This document shows positions 28,085 through 37,185 of a DNA stretch of 58,161 nucleotides, piece after piece. Position 1 is the first letter of the stretch, and the number at the start of each line of letters is the position of its first letter. The stretch covers positions 1-58,161 of the IMG/VR virus record IMGVR_UViG_3300019469_000054; one strand, 5' to 3'. This stretch comes from a virus. The notes under the pieces were generated by a model that saw nothing but the letters and a program-made list of their open reading frames with translations, had not been told where the DNA came from and searched no databases. Both the position numbers and the translations under genes were made by a program.

Positions 28085-28929
28085 TGCCTTACGAACGGAA
28101 CGCGAACTGGGTTGACGGCGAGGGTGCTCAGGCCACGCCCATCACCGCTGTCAAGTTGAACAAGGTCGAAGATGGCGTTGTCGCAGCGTCCAAGAATGCT
28201 GAGGCGGCGGTTGCGTCCGCAGCCGAGAACAAGACTGCTGTGGTCAAGGCTCAAGCTGACGCTACACAGGCCTTGAAGAACGACGCGGATCATTGGAACT
28301 CCGCACAATCCACCTTCGCTAAGTCCACAGAGGTGAAGGCCGTCCAGGACGCCATCAACACGCTGAAGACCTACATCGATGGCAACGAGTTCCTGATCAA
28401 GCTGGAGAAATACTTCCTCCGGCCTTTCACCAATGGGCCCACCGTCCCTGTCGGCGCGGTATTCGCCTGGGTCGGGGTGCAGGTTCCGGAGAATTATTTC
28501 TTGTGCGATGGGCGCAAAGTCAACAAGTCCCAGTACCCCCAGCTCTACTCGGTGTGCCGTAACCTTTACGGTCCTGAGGAAGGAGGCAACTTCGTGCTGC
28601 CCAACCTTCAGGGTATGGTTCTTGTCGGTCGCGATGAAACCAATTCAGTGTTCCGAAATCTGAACAACAAGGGCGGCGAGATCACTCATACTCTGACCGT
28701 TGCGGAGATGCCGTCCCACGAGCACAAGCTCGGTAACCCTTCGGTGGCTAACTGGGGTGATATGGGTATCTGGGGATCGAACGTCTCCGGGGGTACCCAA
28801 TGGAATATCGCCTCCGGTACTGCTGGCGGTTCTATGGGCGAGCTGAAGGCTCAGCCCGTCGGTGCGAACAACCCGCACAACAACATGCCCCCGTACACGG
28901 TTCTGAACTACATCATCCGGGCGAAGTGA
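28084..28929 (+). CDS. Tail fibre protein with a phage tail-collar-like C-terminal domain.
   Basis: 281 aa. Pattern PVGAVFAWVG...YFLCDGRKVNKSQYPQLYSV...FVLPNLQGMVLVG...GGEITHTLTVAEMPSHEH matches the tail-collar fibre family from memory. Confidence 0.75.
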   Translation: MPYERNANWVDGEGAQATPITAVKLNKVEDGVVAASKNAEAAVASAAENKTAVVKAQADATQALKNDADHWNSAQSTFAKSTEVKAVQDAINTLKTYIDGNEFLIKLEKYFLRPFTNGPTVPVGAVFAWVGVQVPENYFLCDGRKVNKSQYPQLYSVCRNLYGPEEGGNFVLPNLQGMVLVGRDETNSVFRNLNNKGGEITHTLTVAEMPSHEHKLGNPSVANWGDMGIWGSNVSGGTQWNIASGTAGGSMGELKAQPVGANNPHNNMPPYTVLNYIIRAK

Positions 28930-28930
28930 C

Positions 28931-30733
28931 ATGGGTTCTTACGAGTACATCACTTGGCCTGGCAATCGAACGACGCCAGGCTCTGACCTGTTCCCGGGCT
29001 GGAATCCATCCGCTCATGGCTCGCAGCTTGTTCATGGGCACAATGGCTCGGAGTGGGTCGAGGTCGATCCGAAACAAGATCCCGAGGCGTTCAATATCGC
29101 CAAGCGTGCGGACAAGCTCCGTAACGACATCCTGGAGATGGTACGACAGGACGGCGGGCGTGTCTTCTACTACGATGGCGCTGGCTTCCCGCCTCTTCGC
29201 GGGTACAACCCGGGCGACACGGCGCGTGGCCGTGAACCCAAGACGGGCTCCATCCTTGTCGAGTACCGCTGGAGCGGGCTGGAATGGATCCAGCAGCGCT
29301 TGACCGACGGTATGATCTCCACCCTCGATGTCGGTAAGCTCACGGCGGGCACGGCTCAGATTCAGAAGGTTGTAGCCGACACGATCTGGGCCGGGATCAT
29401 TCAGGCGAAGTCTATCGTCGCCAACAAGATCACCGGCGAGCTCATCGAAGCGAACACGATTCGCGGAGCACACATTGCTGCGGGCTCGATATCCGCGGAC
29501 AAGCTTCAGGCCGGTACCATCACCGTTGAGTCCGGAGTGATTGGAAGCCTCGACGCAGGTACCATCACGACGGGTCTGCTGAACGGCCAGCGTATCGCCG
29601 CAGGTTCGATCACTGCGGCTAAGCTCGCAGCAGGCACCATCACTGCGGACAGTGGCGTGGTCGCGTCTTTGGACGCGAACAAGATCGTCACCGGTACCTT
29701 GAACGCCTCGCTGATCGACTCCGACACCTTGAAGGGTCAGACCTTCATCGGTGGGCGGTTCATCGGCGGTGACTTCCTGCTCGACCCCGAGAAGACAAGA
29801 CAGAATATTCGCTTCGGTACGGGATCCAACCTGCCGGTCATCGACAGCAAGCAATCTATCAACGGACGCATTTCCGGTCTGCTCGCGTATGACCCCGAGA
29901 CCGACAAACCGCAGATGGCTATCGGCATCTGGTCCAGGACCCCGTTGGTGAATCTCTACCACACCTTCGGCGATACCCTCCGTGTCGGTACGCAACTTAC
30001 GCCGGGTCGTATTGAGCTCACTCCTTACGGTGGGTATCCGGGGCAGTGTTCTCGTATCTCGGCCATGAATGACGGCTTGCGCATCAACGCCTTGGACTTC
30101 AACGCGAACGAAAAGGACCTCGCACAGCTCAACCTGTCGAAGCACACATTCCTCGTCGAGGGCAGTTACGACTCGAACCGAATCCGAGGTTGGCACCTCT
30201 CCATGTCGCCCACGAACTCGTACTTCATCACGAAGGGGGTTCTCAACTTTCAAGCGGGTAAGGCCGTCCATTTCAGCGGCAAGGGGAACTTCCTCGACGG
30301 GCTGACCGTGAGTGGGGGCTTCCACGCCAACCAGCCGAAGACCTTCGTGGAGGCCCACCCGCTCGACAAGGAGAAGATTCTCGTCCACGGGTGCACCGAG
30401 TCCCCGCATGACGGTATCGAGTACTGGGGCAACGAGACTCTTCCGGAGTCCGGTCGTATGACCGTGTCCCTGCCCGACTACTTCGAACCCCTTCACCGGT
30501 CGGACGTCCCGGTCTCCGTATTCACCTCGAATGGTGTGAAGGTCCTCGGCCCTGTCGAGGGCGGTGAGTTCGAGGTCGAGGGCGAAGCAGGCACCTGGTT
30601 CTCCTGGCAAGTCAAAGCGGCCCGTCGGATTCCTGGGGGCAACGTCACCCGCGCGGAGATTACCCGCAAGGAAGCGATAGACTCGGGCTATCTAAGCAAA
30701 GAGTTCGTGGAGGGTCTTACATGGGAGCCATAG
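28931..30733 (+). CDS. Tail fibre / minor tail protein with short ITxG/AGSIxAxKL repeats.
   Basis: 600 aa. Repetitive beta-helix-like segment (AGSISADKLQAGTITVESGVIGSLDAGTITTGLLNGQRIAAGSITAAKLAAGTITADSG). Confidence 0.75.
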   Translation: MGSYEYITWPGNRTTPGSDLFPGWNPSAHGSQLVHGHNGSEWVEVDPKQDPEAFNIAKRADKLRNDILEMVRQDGGRVFYYDGAGFPPLRGYNPGDTARGREPKTGSILVEYRWSGLEWIQQRLTDGMISTLDVGKLTAGTAQIQKVVADTIWAGIIQAKSIVANKITGELIEANTIRGAHIAAGSISADKLQAGTITVESGVIGSLDAGTITTGLLNGQRIAAGSITAAKLAAGTITADSGVVASLDANKIVTGTLNASLIDSDTLKGQTFIGGRFIGGDFLLDPEKTRQNIRFGTGSNLPVIDSKQSINGRISGLLAYDPETDKPQMAIGIWSRTPLVNLYHTFGDTLRVGTQLTPGRIELTPYGGYPGQCSRISAMNDGLRINALDFNANEKDLAQLNLSKHTFLVEGSYDSNRIRGWHLSMSPTNSYFITKGVLNFQAGKAVHFSGKGNFLDGLTVSGGFHANQPKTFVEAHPLDKEKILVHGCTESPHDGIEYWGNETLPESGRMTVSLPDYFEPLHRSDVPVSVFTSNGVKVLGPVEGGEFEVEGEAGTWFSWQVKAARRIPGGNVTRAEITRKEAIDSGYLSKEFVEGLTWEP

Positions 30734-31413
30734 ACAGCAACGGGGTCTACAAGTACTCCGCGGACGACACGGTCAACACCTGGGAGAACTTCCTCAACCT
30801 GGGCATGAACTCCGTGTCGAACGCTATCCAGAACCTCCGGTACAACGGGGTCTACTGTGTGACCAACATCCAGGGCGCCACGACCAAGCGCATGGAGCTG
30901 GAACGCACGGGTCTCAAGCCGACCACCGACAACCCGTTCCTCTTCTACCTGAAGAACAACGGCAAGTTCATCACGTGGGACGGCGCCGGCTGGAAGATGA
31001 ACGGCGATTCAATCGCCTCCTGGATGGTGAATGGCAACGAGACCTTCACCCCCGCTACGCCCTGCTATGGCAGGATTCTGTGGGGCAAGCAGGGCGAGGA
31101 ATCGAAGTTCCGACAGGAGATGGGCGTCTCCGTCCTGAGGATCACTGAGTGGTCCTACTATGGCAACGACCAGACCACGGACTCCGCCTTCGCCTATCTG
31201 CCACTGAAGAACACCTACACCGGTGTTGCGGTGACGCTGATCACCAATGGCAACGCGGAAGAGTGGCCTGGCGCTTTCAGTGCGGACAACAACAACTGGC
31301 ATCAGTTCTCCGAGAAGGACGGCACAATCAAACGGATCCGGATCATCGTCCCCCGCGGCATCGTCGGCCACCTCATCACGACGAACTACGTCATCTATGG
31401 GTGGGTCAAATGA
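30721..31413 (+). CDS. Hypothetical tail-module protein (230 aa).
   Basis: Overlaps the upstream gene end by 13 nt. Coding-like. Position after the fibre genes. Confidence 0.65.
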   Translation: MGAIDSNGVYKYSADDTVNTWENFLNLGMNSVSNAIQNLRYNGVYCVTNIQGATTKRMELERTGLKPTTDNPFLFYLKNNGKFITWDGAGWKMNGDSIASWMVNGNETFTPATPCYGRILWGKQGEESKFRQEMGVSVLRITEWSYYGNDQTTDSAFAYLPLKNTYTGVAVTLITNGNAEEWPGAFSADNNNWHQFSEKDGTIKRIRIIVPRGIVGHLITTNYVIYGWVK

Positions 31414-31841
31414 GCGCCTACGTCTCCGCCCCGCCGTGGCAGCGTCACCTCGACCGGTTCTCTCGCGCCCTGTCGTACGGCTCCCTGTCGGCCTACGCCA
31501 TCTCGCGACTCCACGGCCCTCGGCACTTCATGGACATTCCCGAGCTCGCGGTGCACTACCACATGATGCTGTTCCTGGGGATTTTCGTCACTGCTCTGTG
31601 CGCTATGTTATTCGTCCTACGGCGCATGTCGCAGTTCGAGTACGTGGCTCTCACGCCGCTCCTGGGCTTCATGGCGGCCAGCGGTATCATAGCCCTGAAC
31701 GGCCCCGGGTCCCGACCCCATGCGCTCCTTCTGTGGGCTCTGTGGTTCTTCCTGGTTGCACGGTGGAACGTCCTCCACTCTGCTGTGAAACGTGCCCGTT
31801 CAGTCCAGGACGCGAAGGATGCGATCGAGCGGAGGCCCTGA
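31410..31841 (+). CDS. Integral membrane protein (143 aa, 3-4 predicted TM segments).
   Basis: ATGA overlap at 31410. Hydrophobic stretches LFLGIFVTALCAMLFVL, LLGFMAASGIIAL and LLLWALWFFLVA. Confidence 0.65.
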   Translation: MSAYVSAPPWQRHLDRFSRALSYGSLSAYAISRLHGPRHFMDIPELAVHYHMMLFLGIFVTALCAMLFVLRRMSQFEYVALTPLLGFMAASGIIALNGPGSRPHALLLWALWFFLVARWNVLHSAVKRARSVQDAKDAIERRP

Positions 31842-31842
31842 G

Positions 31843-32094
31843 GTGAGCGCCACAATTACATCGATTATTGCGCTCACCACAGCCCTTGCTGCTTCCATCC
31901 CACAGATCATGAAGGTCTTGGCCGACAGGAAGCGGGGCATTCGGGAGTCCGAACTCCAGAGGTCTAAGCAGGACACTGAGACCTGGGCTGAGATCATCAA
32001 GGCCAAGGATTCCCTGCTCAAGCAGTACACGGATGAACTGACCCGGCTTCACAAGCGCGTCACTGAGCTTGAGGCCGAGCTCGACGAAGAGTGA
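31843..32094 (+). CDS. Small membrane-anchored coiled-coil protein (83 aa).
   Basis: GTG at 31843 preceded by GGAGG. N-terminal TM segment (ITSIIALTTALAASIPQIM), then a charged helix. Confidence 0.55.
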   Translation: MSATITSIIALTTALAASIPQIMKVLADRKRGIRESELQRSKQDTETWAEIIKAKDSLLKQYTDELTRLHKRVTELEAELDEE

Positions 32095-32096
32095 CA

Positions 32097-32128
32097 AGAA
32101 GACCCCCGGCGGCAACCGAGGGTCTTCT
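32097..32128. terminator. Bidirectional terminator between the convergent late and leftward blocks.
   Basis: AGAAGACCC (32097-32105) pairs with GGGTCTTCT (32120-32128). Confidence 0.7.
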
Positions 32129-32147
32129 CATGCAAACTAGGAAGATA

Positions 32148-32846
32148 TCAGCACTTGATGGCCTTGTCCAGGTACCACCTCGCCTTCTTCAGGTCCTGCT
32201 TCCTGTCGTCCTTGCGGCCAGCCCGGAGCAAGTACTTGCCAACTTGCCACAGAAGCGGGTCCTTGTTGAAGGCGGCCATGAGCACATGGAAGACCTCGAC
32301 ATCGCCGACGTTCTCGACCTGCTCGGCCAGTGCGTTACCCAGCCACGCATAGTGCTTCGGGGCGTTCACGACGTCGGGCTTCTCCTCGACAGGCGCCATC
32401 TGCTCCAGCGGCATTCGGGTGTAGTTCGAGCCTACACACACAGCACCATACTCGTTGATGCGGAAGTAGTCCTCGATCTGCGAGCCCCCCTGTCGAGCGT
32501 CCCAGGTCCCGACGTAGTCGTAGCCCGGGCCCGTGCAATCCTCAGTCAGATAGAAAGCCGGCTCATTCACCGCGTAGACGATCGTGCGAATCTGGGTGAG
32601 CATCTGGCGTACATCGCTCGCTGAGACACAGCGCGTCTTGCGGAAGAAGGTGTAGCCGTTGTGCTGAACGCATCCGACGAGCGTGTCGCCCCTGTAGTGG
32701 ATAGCGATCACACAGGGCGTGTTACTGACGCAGAAGTCGTACCGGTACATGAACGGCTTGTCGTCGATGTCGGTGTGCTCCTGCCCGGCAGCGACTCCGA
32801 GCTGCTCATCGCAAATCTCCTGGAACCAATCAATCGGCGTTGACAT
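32148..32846 (-). CDS. Hypothetical protein with a DUF3310-like C-terminus (232 aa).
   Basis: ATG at 32846 preceded by GGGAGG. C-terminal pattern KHYAW...FNKDPLLWQVGKYLLRAGRKDDRKQDLKKARWYLDKAI. Confidence 0.7.
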   Translation of the reverse strand: MSTPIDWFQEICDEQLGVAAGQEHTDIDDKPFMYRYDFCVSNTPCVIAIHYRGDTLVGCVQHNGYTFFRKTRCVSASDVRQMLTQIRTIVYAVNEPAFYLTEDCTGPGYDYVGTWDARQGGSQIEDYFRINEYGAVCVGSNYTRMPLEQMAPVEEKPDVVNAPKHYAWLGNALAEQVENVGDVEVFHVLMAAFNKDPLLWQVGKYLLRAGRKDDRKQDLKKARWYLDKAIKC

Positions 32847-33339
32847 GACGACCTCCCATTCGTGCGGCCAGACTGGCATCGTGGCATGTCTTGATCGAGT
32901 AGTAGTAGAAGTGGCGTGCAGCATCCCGCACGTCGTCGGCGTCAGGACAACCGACATGCTTGCCTGTGGGCCAGAAACCCAGGGCCTTGAGCGTCTTGTC
33001 GGTGATGACTCCCTTGGCCTGCCCGGGGGTCTGCCAGACGATTCGAGCATTCGGGTTCCATGCGGTGGCGCAGTACGACAGGGTGCTGTTGACCTTGACG
33101 GTGGTGAGGTCCGCGCGGAACTTGTTGTTGGGTCGGAGGTCGAACTGCTCGATGACGAGGGTGGTCGGCTCGCTGGTGAGCTTGGTCAGGAGCTCGGTGA
33201 CCGTCTCCTCCCAGCGCTCGCTGCGGAACTGACCGAAGTCGAGAATCTCCGAGCCCTCGTCGTACGGATTGCTGGGCTGCTGACCCAGGACCCAACCCGT
33301 GGAGACTCCGGCATCGACAGCCAGGATGCGCTCACTCAT
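32830..33339 (-). CDS. RuvC-like Holliday junction resolvase.
   Basis: 169 aa. RILAVDAGVSTGW, LVIEQF and DADDVRDAARH acidic catalytic-type motifs. Confidence 0.75.
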   Translation of the reverse strand: MSERILAVDAGVSTGWVLGQQPSNPYDEGSEILDFGQFRSERWEETVTELLTKLTSEPTTLVIEQFDLRPNNKFRADLTTVKVNSTLSYCATAWNPNARIVWQTPGQAKGVITDKTLKALGFWPTGKHVGCPDADDVRDAARHFYYYSIKTCHDASLAARMGGRHVNAD

Positions 33340-33559
33340 CGGTCTCCTCCTTTCCGGTCACCTTGTTCACCGATGTGTACCGAGTACTGTACGTGTGGAA
33401 ACGGACGTTGACCTCGGGGAACTCCCAGGTCACCTTGCACAGCCCCTTGTCGTTGGGCGGCTCGATGTCGATGAGAGTAGCGGCCAGCTCGACGGGCATG
33501 AGCACCTTCTCACCGATCTTGAGTGAGCCGAGGGCCTGAGGTTGTGTCTTGAACTTCAT
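33332..33559 (-). CDS. Hypothetical protein (75 aa).
   Basis: ATG at 33559 preceded by GAAGGAGA. 8-nt overlap with the downstream gene start. Confidence 0.65.
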   Translation of the reverse strand: MKFKTQPQALGSLKIGEKVLMPVELAATLIDIEPPNDKGLCKVTWEFPEVNVRFHTYSTRYTSVNKVTGKEETDE

Positions 33560-33747
33560 CGATTCTCCTTCTTGTGTTCGTTGATCCACTGTGAGATCGC
33601 GGCGGATGCGGGCGGCACAGGCTGCCAGATGGCCCACAGTCGGCAGGCGTCTGCGACGACCTGATCACGCCCGGCATCAGTGGTAGCGAGATTGTAGTTA
33701 TCCTCCAGGACGGCGATGAAGCGGTCCACGGCGAATGGGAGATGCAT
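33556..33747 (-). CDS. Hypothetical protein (63 aa).
   Basis: TGATG coupling at 33747. Coding-like. Confidence 0.55.
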   Translation of the reverse strand: MHLPFAVDRFIAVLEDNYNLATTDAGRDQVVADACRLWAIWQPVPPASAAISQWINEHKKENR

Positions 33748-33998
33748 CAGAGGTGCTCCGTCTCGAAGGTGGCGTCCAGGTCCTTGTCGGAGTAGAACTC
33801 GACGTTCTTGTCGGGCCAGATCACCATCCACTGCCCGTAGAAGAACTCGGGGTCGCGGAGGCTGACACCGTAACGACGGGCGACAGTGCGGGCCGCTTCG
33901 ATGGAGCGCTCCTCGATCTTGATGGCCCAGCAGGTTCGCGGGCGCGGACGAACGAAGCGTTCGACCAGTGTGTCGTCAGGATGTGCGGGGTAGTTCAT
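33747..33998 (-). CDS. Hypothetical protein (83 aa).
   Basis: ATG at 33998 preceded by GGAAGGA, 2 nt after the polA stop. Confidence 0.6.
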   Translation of the reverse strand: MNYPAHPDDTLVERFVRPRPRTCWAIKIEERSIEAARTVARRYGVSLRDPEFFYGQWMVIWPDKNVEFYSDKDLDATFETEHL

Positions 33999-34000
33999 GG

Positions 34001-37000
34001 TCAGTCCTTCCGGTATCTCTGTGTCGTGTAACCGGCCGCCTCGACCGGCAGTCCCTCTGCCCAGTCCGGTAGGTCGCACATGAGCGAGGATAGTCTCTCT
34101 ACGGTCAATCCGCCAGTAGTCTCTGTAACGATCTCATCATGGACATGCGTGACCGTTCGGAACCCGGCTCGCTCGACATTGACGAGAGCGTGTGTAAGCA
34201 GGTCTCTGCCAATGGCCTGGATGATGTTCTCGACCTGCGTGGGCCCACCGACAATGCGTCGCTGCGTACCATTGCCCACCACAGCGTCACAGACCCACGC
34301 CCGACGTCGATAGGACAGCGGTTTGCCGTTGCGGTCCTTGGGCTGCACGTACTCGCGGCGGCAGTTGTGGTAGACGAGCGCTCTGCCCGAGGGGAGCCAG
34401 ACATAGCGGTCGTTGCCCACAATCTCGACATCCACAGGGATTCGCCGCGAGGCCGGGCCGCCCTTGTCGAAGGCGGTATGCACCTGCTTCCACCACGAAA
34501 CAATGTGCGGGTGGGCGACTCGCCAGGTCTCAACCAGTGAGGTGAGCCCTTTCCAGATCACATCATCCGGTGTGCCTTTGGGGTATATTTTCGCCCCGCC
34601 AAGGTTGAGGAGCGCTCCTGCTCCGCCACCAAAACCGCAGTTGTGCACAAGTACGTCCGACACGGTGAATCGATGGCGTGGGCCCGAGTTCAAAATGTCA
34701 TAGACTGCAACCGTCTCTCGATCCTGCGCCAGTTCTTGCGCTTCTCCTTCACTGCGAGTCGCGCCTGCTCGATAATCTGCTCCCGAGTATATCCCTCGCG
34801 AAGCTTCCGTCGAGTTGTTCGTTCCTCGTAGGGCCACTCCCCTTGATGAAACTCGGCCAGAATAGTGTTCCGCCGATTGGCTTGGTTCTGTGCACGAGTC
34901 GCCCAACGAAGGTTCCCAGGAGCATACCCCCTGTCGTTGTCTACACGGTCGAGTTCGTGCTTCGGGGGACGCCCCCCAAGATTCTCCAGAATCCAGAGCC
35001 CGGCTTCTGTCACTGATGGGAAGTCGAAGGTGATCCCCCGAGCTCCGTACCGACACCAGTTCGGGTCGTTTGGGTTCGTACATCGCTGCTTGGCGGCTGT
35101 AAGAATCTGATCCAGATACCTCGGTAGCGTTCGTTGACTGCTGCACGACTGGCAACCTTTTGAGCGCCCCAGTCGAAGACTCTCCAGGTTCGACCATTGC
35201 TGTCGCCCGCACCCAGTGCATTCGGTCAGCATCATCGGCGTGTGCCAGCCCTTCCGGGTGTAGCGAACTTCGGAGTTGATGATCTTCACCCAGCCGTACT
35301 GGAGACCCACTCGATCCGGTGCGTACGAGACGTGCTCCGCAGGCGGCGGCGTAGTCGAGTCGTACCGCCCGAGATTCCCCTTCGAACGAGGCCCATACTT
35401 TGTGGTCCGGTGTTGCAGTGAGGCTGTCATAAGTCATCACTTCTTTCTGTCCTTTGTAGATGACACCTTCATGCCGCACAAACTCTACCCCATCCCAGAC
35501 CTTATCTGCAATCCCAACGTTCTCAATCGGAACCAGGCCTCGTTCTGTGAGGACCGACGAGCCTTCCGCTATGCAACCGAGAGTAGCGGATTTCCCGCGC
35601 TGCCGATCGAACCCAGCTTTCGCCCCACCCATACGCTCAGCGGTGGCGACATAGATATCCTCTCCCTTGCGGAAGGACTCCAGCACGCTGTCCTCACCAG
35701 CGGCCCAGGCAGTCAGACGCGCTTCAATCGCGCTGTAATCCGACACGGTGAAGGGTCCCATGAGTAGTGGGCGCACGAGCTTTTTGAGGTCCTCCGAGCC
35801 CACGGGCACACCAGCCAGCAACTTATCGATCGCTGCCTGCTCGGCCTCCGTGTCGTGCTCTCCGTCAGCGTCCGTGAAGTGATCGCGGGGTAGATTGTGA
35901 GGGCTCAATGTGACCCCGGTCATACGACCGGTGTTAGCATTGCTGTACTTGATCGTTCCACGCAACCGGCCGTCTGAGTTGGTCGAGCCCTGTGCGATGA
36001 CGTACTTGGTCGCTGCCGACAGAGCCGCCAACTGCTTCCGCTCGACGGCCTCACGAACTTCGTCTGGGAGATCGTCTCGCTCCAGAAGCTCGGCGACATG
36101 CGCCTTGTCGATGGATTCCATCTCGAAGCCCTGAGCCGCGAGCCAACCCTTGAACTGTTGCACACTATTCGGATTGTCCAGCCTTGTGATCTCCTTGACC
36201 CGAGCCAGGTCCCGTGCCTTGTTCGCCTCGTACTGACGGTGAGCAGCCCCCGCCAGGTCCGTATCGATCTTGATGCCTCTGTCATTGATCCGCGTGGCAG
36301 TGATCCAAGCCTCGTACTCCTCTGCCGATGGGAACCCTTTGCCGAGCCTGTAGATGTTGTCTCGCATGGAGATGACGTCTTGCCGGTTGTACTCGACATA
36401 GGCGTCCCAGTCCGCAGGGCGCTCCTCAGGCAGCGTACGTCCGCCCTTGCGGTTGGGCATCGAGAACATGTTGATGAGTCGCCCGCCGGCCTCGTCCTTA
36501 GCCTCACCACCGACGACCTTGCAGAACCCCTTCAGGGAACGAGGGTAGCCCCACAGCGAGGCCAGCACGGCCGTGTCGATGTACTCCTCAGGATCGATGT
36601 ATGTGCCGACCGGAAGACCTTTCAGCGCGCTGAAGTTGATCCGCTCGAAGTCGCTGTTGTGCGCGATCTTCTTCACCGCGGGGTCGAACAGACCGGGGAT
36701 AGCTTTGATCTCCTCGTGCCCGAACGCGGTGTGGATGTCTCCTTGACCGACACACCACGAACAAATGAGGATCATCCAGTGTTCATCTTCGACGTATCGA
36801 TAGACAGTGTTCTTCTTCAGATCGACACTGGAGTAGGTCTCGATGTCCAGGTGGAGCTCGGTTCCGTCGAAAATATCCTCGAACCCGTAGGTTCCTGAGG
36901 AACGACCCTCGGTTCGTGCCGCCCTGTCGAGCTGGTCCAGGCTCCAGGTCCCCGGCGCTCCGAAGGCACCCACGGTGAACCTATTGCCCGGAGTAGCGCG

Positions 37001-37108
37001 GTCAGTCACTTCGAGTGGACCCTCGATGCCCGCGTCCTTCTTGGCCTGCTGGAGCGCAACGAATTGCTCACCCGTCAGGCCGTTGACGTCTGGTACCACT
37101 ATCTGCAC
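34001..37108 (-). CDS. Family A DNA polymerase (PolA-like, with 3'-5' exonuclease domain) precursor containing an intein.
   Basis: The GTG at 37108 is preceded by GAGGAGGG. The track start at 37168 is a TTG inside a hairpin loop. Exo motif LDIETYS. Motif B RQRGKSATLG / CGFGGGAG is split by a 312-aa insert. C-terminal HVHDEI. Confidence 0.9.
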   Translation of the reverse strand: MQIVVPDVNGLTGEQFVALQQAKKDAGIEGPLEVTDRATPGNRFTVGAFGAPGTWSLDQLDRAARTEGRSSGTYGFEDIFDGTELHLDIETYSSVDLKKNTVYRYVEDEHWMILICSWCVGQGDIHTAFGHEEIKAIPGLFDPAVKKIAHNSDFERINFSALKGLPVGTYIDPEEYIDTAVLASLWGYPRSLKGFCKVVGGEAKDEAGGRLINMFSMPNRKGGRTLPEERPADWDAYVEYNRQDVISMRDNIYRLGKGFPSAEEYEAWITATRINDRGIKIDTDLAGAAHRQYEANKARDLARVKEITRLDNPNSVQQFKGWLAAQGFEMESIDKAHVAELLERDDLPDEVREAVERKQLAALSAATKYVIAQGSTNSDGRLRGTIKYSNANTGRMTGVTLSPHNLPRDHFTDADGEHDTEAEQAAIDKLLAGVPVGSEDLKKLVRPLLMGPFTVSDYSAIEARLTAWAAGEDSVLESFRKGEDIYVATAERMGGAKAGFDRQRGKSATLGCIAEGSSVLTERGLVPIENVGIADKVWDGVEFVRHEGVIYKGQKEVMTYDSLTATPDHKVWASFEGESRAVRLDYAAACGARLVRTGSSGSPVRLGEDHQLRSSLHPEGLAHADDADRMHWVRATAMVEPGESSTGALKRLPVVQQSTNATEVSGSDSYSRQAAMYEPKRPELVSVRSSGDHLRLPISDRSRALDSGESWGASPEARTRPCRQRQGVCSWEPSLGDSCTEPSQSAEHYSGRVSSRGVALRGTNNSTEASRGIYSGADYRAGATRSEGEAQELAQDRETVAVYDILNSGPRHRFTVSDVLVHNCGFGGGAGALLNLGGAKIYPKGTPDDVIWKGLTSLVETWRVAHPHIVSWWKQVHTAFDKGGPASRRIPVDVEIVGNDRYVWLPSGRALVYHNCRREYVQPKDRNGKPLSYRRRAWVCDAVVGNGTQRRIVGGPTQVENIIQAIGRDLLTHALVNVERAGFRTVTHVHDEIVTETTGGLTVERLSSLMCDLPDWAEGLPVEAAGYTTQRYRKD
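34640..35575 (-). mobile_element. Class-1 intein in PolA motif B (312 codons in the polymerase frame).
   Basis: Cys1 block A CIAEGSSVLTERG. Block B TATPDHKVW. Block F VAVYDILNSGPRHRF. Block G VLVHN followed by Cys+1. The central ~190 codons in this frame are Ser/Arg/Gly-rich low complexity. Confidence 0.85.
34690..35430 (-). CDS. HNH homing endonuclease ORF nested in the PolA intein, in the +1 frame.
   Basis: 246-aa ORF. Cys pairs CTGCGRQQW...CQSCS and the HNH core HELDRVDNDRGYAPGNLRWATRAQNQANRR. (37168-35430) mod 3 = 1 relative to polA. Confidence 0.75.
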   Translation of the reverse strand: MTASLQHRTTKYGPRSKGNLGRYDSTTPPPAEHVSYAPDRVGLQYGWVKIINSEVRYTRKGWHTPMMLTECTGCGRQQWSNLESLRLGRSKGCQSCSSQRTLPRYLDQILTAAKQRCTNPNDPNWCRYGARGITFDFPSVTEAGLWILENLGGRPPKHELDRVDNDRGYAPGNLRWATRAQNQANRRNTILAEFHQGEWPYEERTTRRKLREGYTREQIIEQARLAVKEKRKNWRRIERRLQSMTF

Positions 37109-37154
37109 GGTTCCCTCCTCATTGGTTGGTACATATGTATAGTACACAGAGAGA

Positions 37155-37176
37155 ACCCCGGGTCGCAACCCGGGGT
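37155..37176 (-). terminator. Hairpin between the primase-helicase and polA genes (possible attenuator).
   Basis: ACCCCGGGT-cgca-ACCCGGGGT, a perfect 9-bp stem. Confidence 0.4.
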
Positions 37177-37185
37177 CCTCACAAA

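Noticed and set aside
37109-37168. Upstream extension of polA to the TTG at 37168. Similar N-terminal extensions appear in many track ORFs, e.g. 3329, 2860, 33050, 39558, 41052, 48468, 52985 and 53802.
   Set aside because: The TTG lies in the loop of a 9-bp hairpin, and the extension lacks an RBS. Internal starts with strong GGAGG-type sites or TGATG coupling fit the gene packing better.
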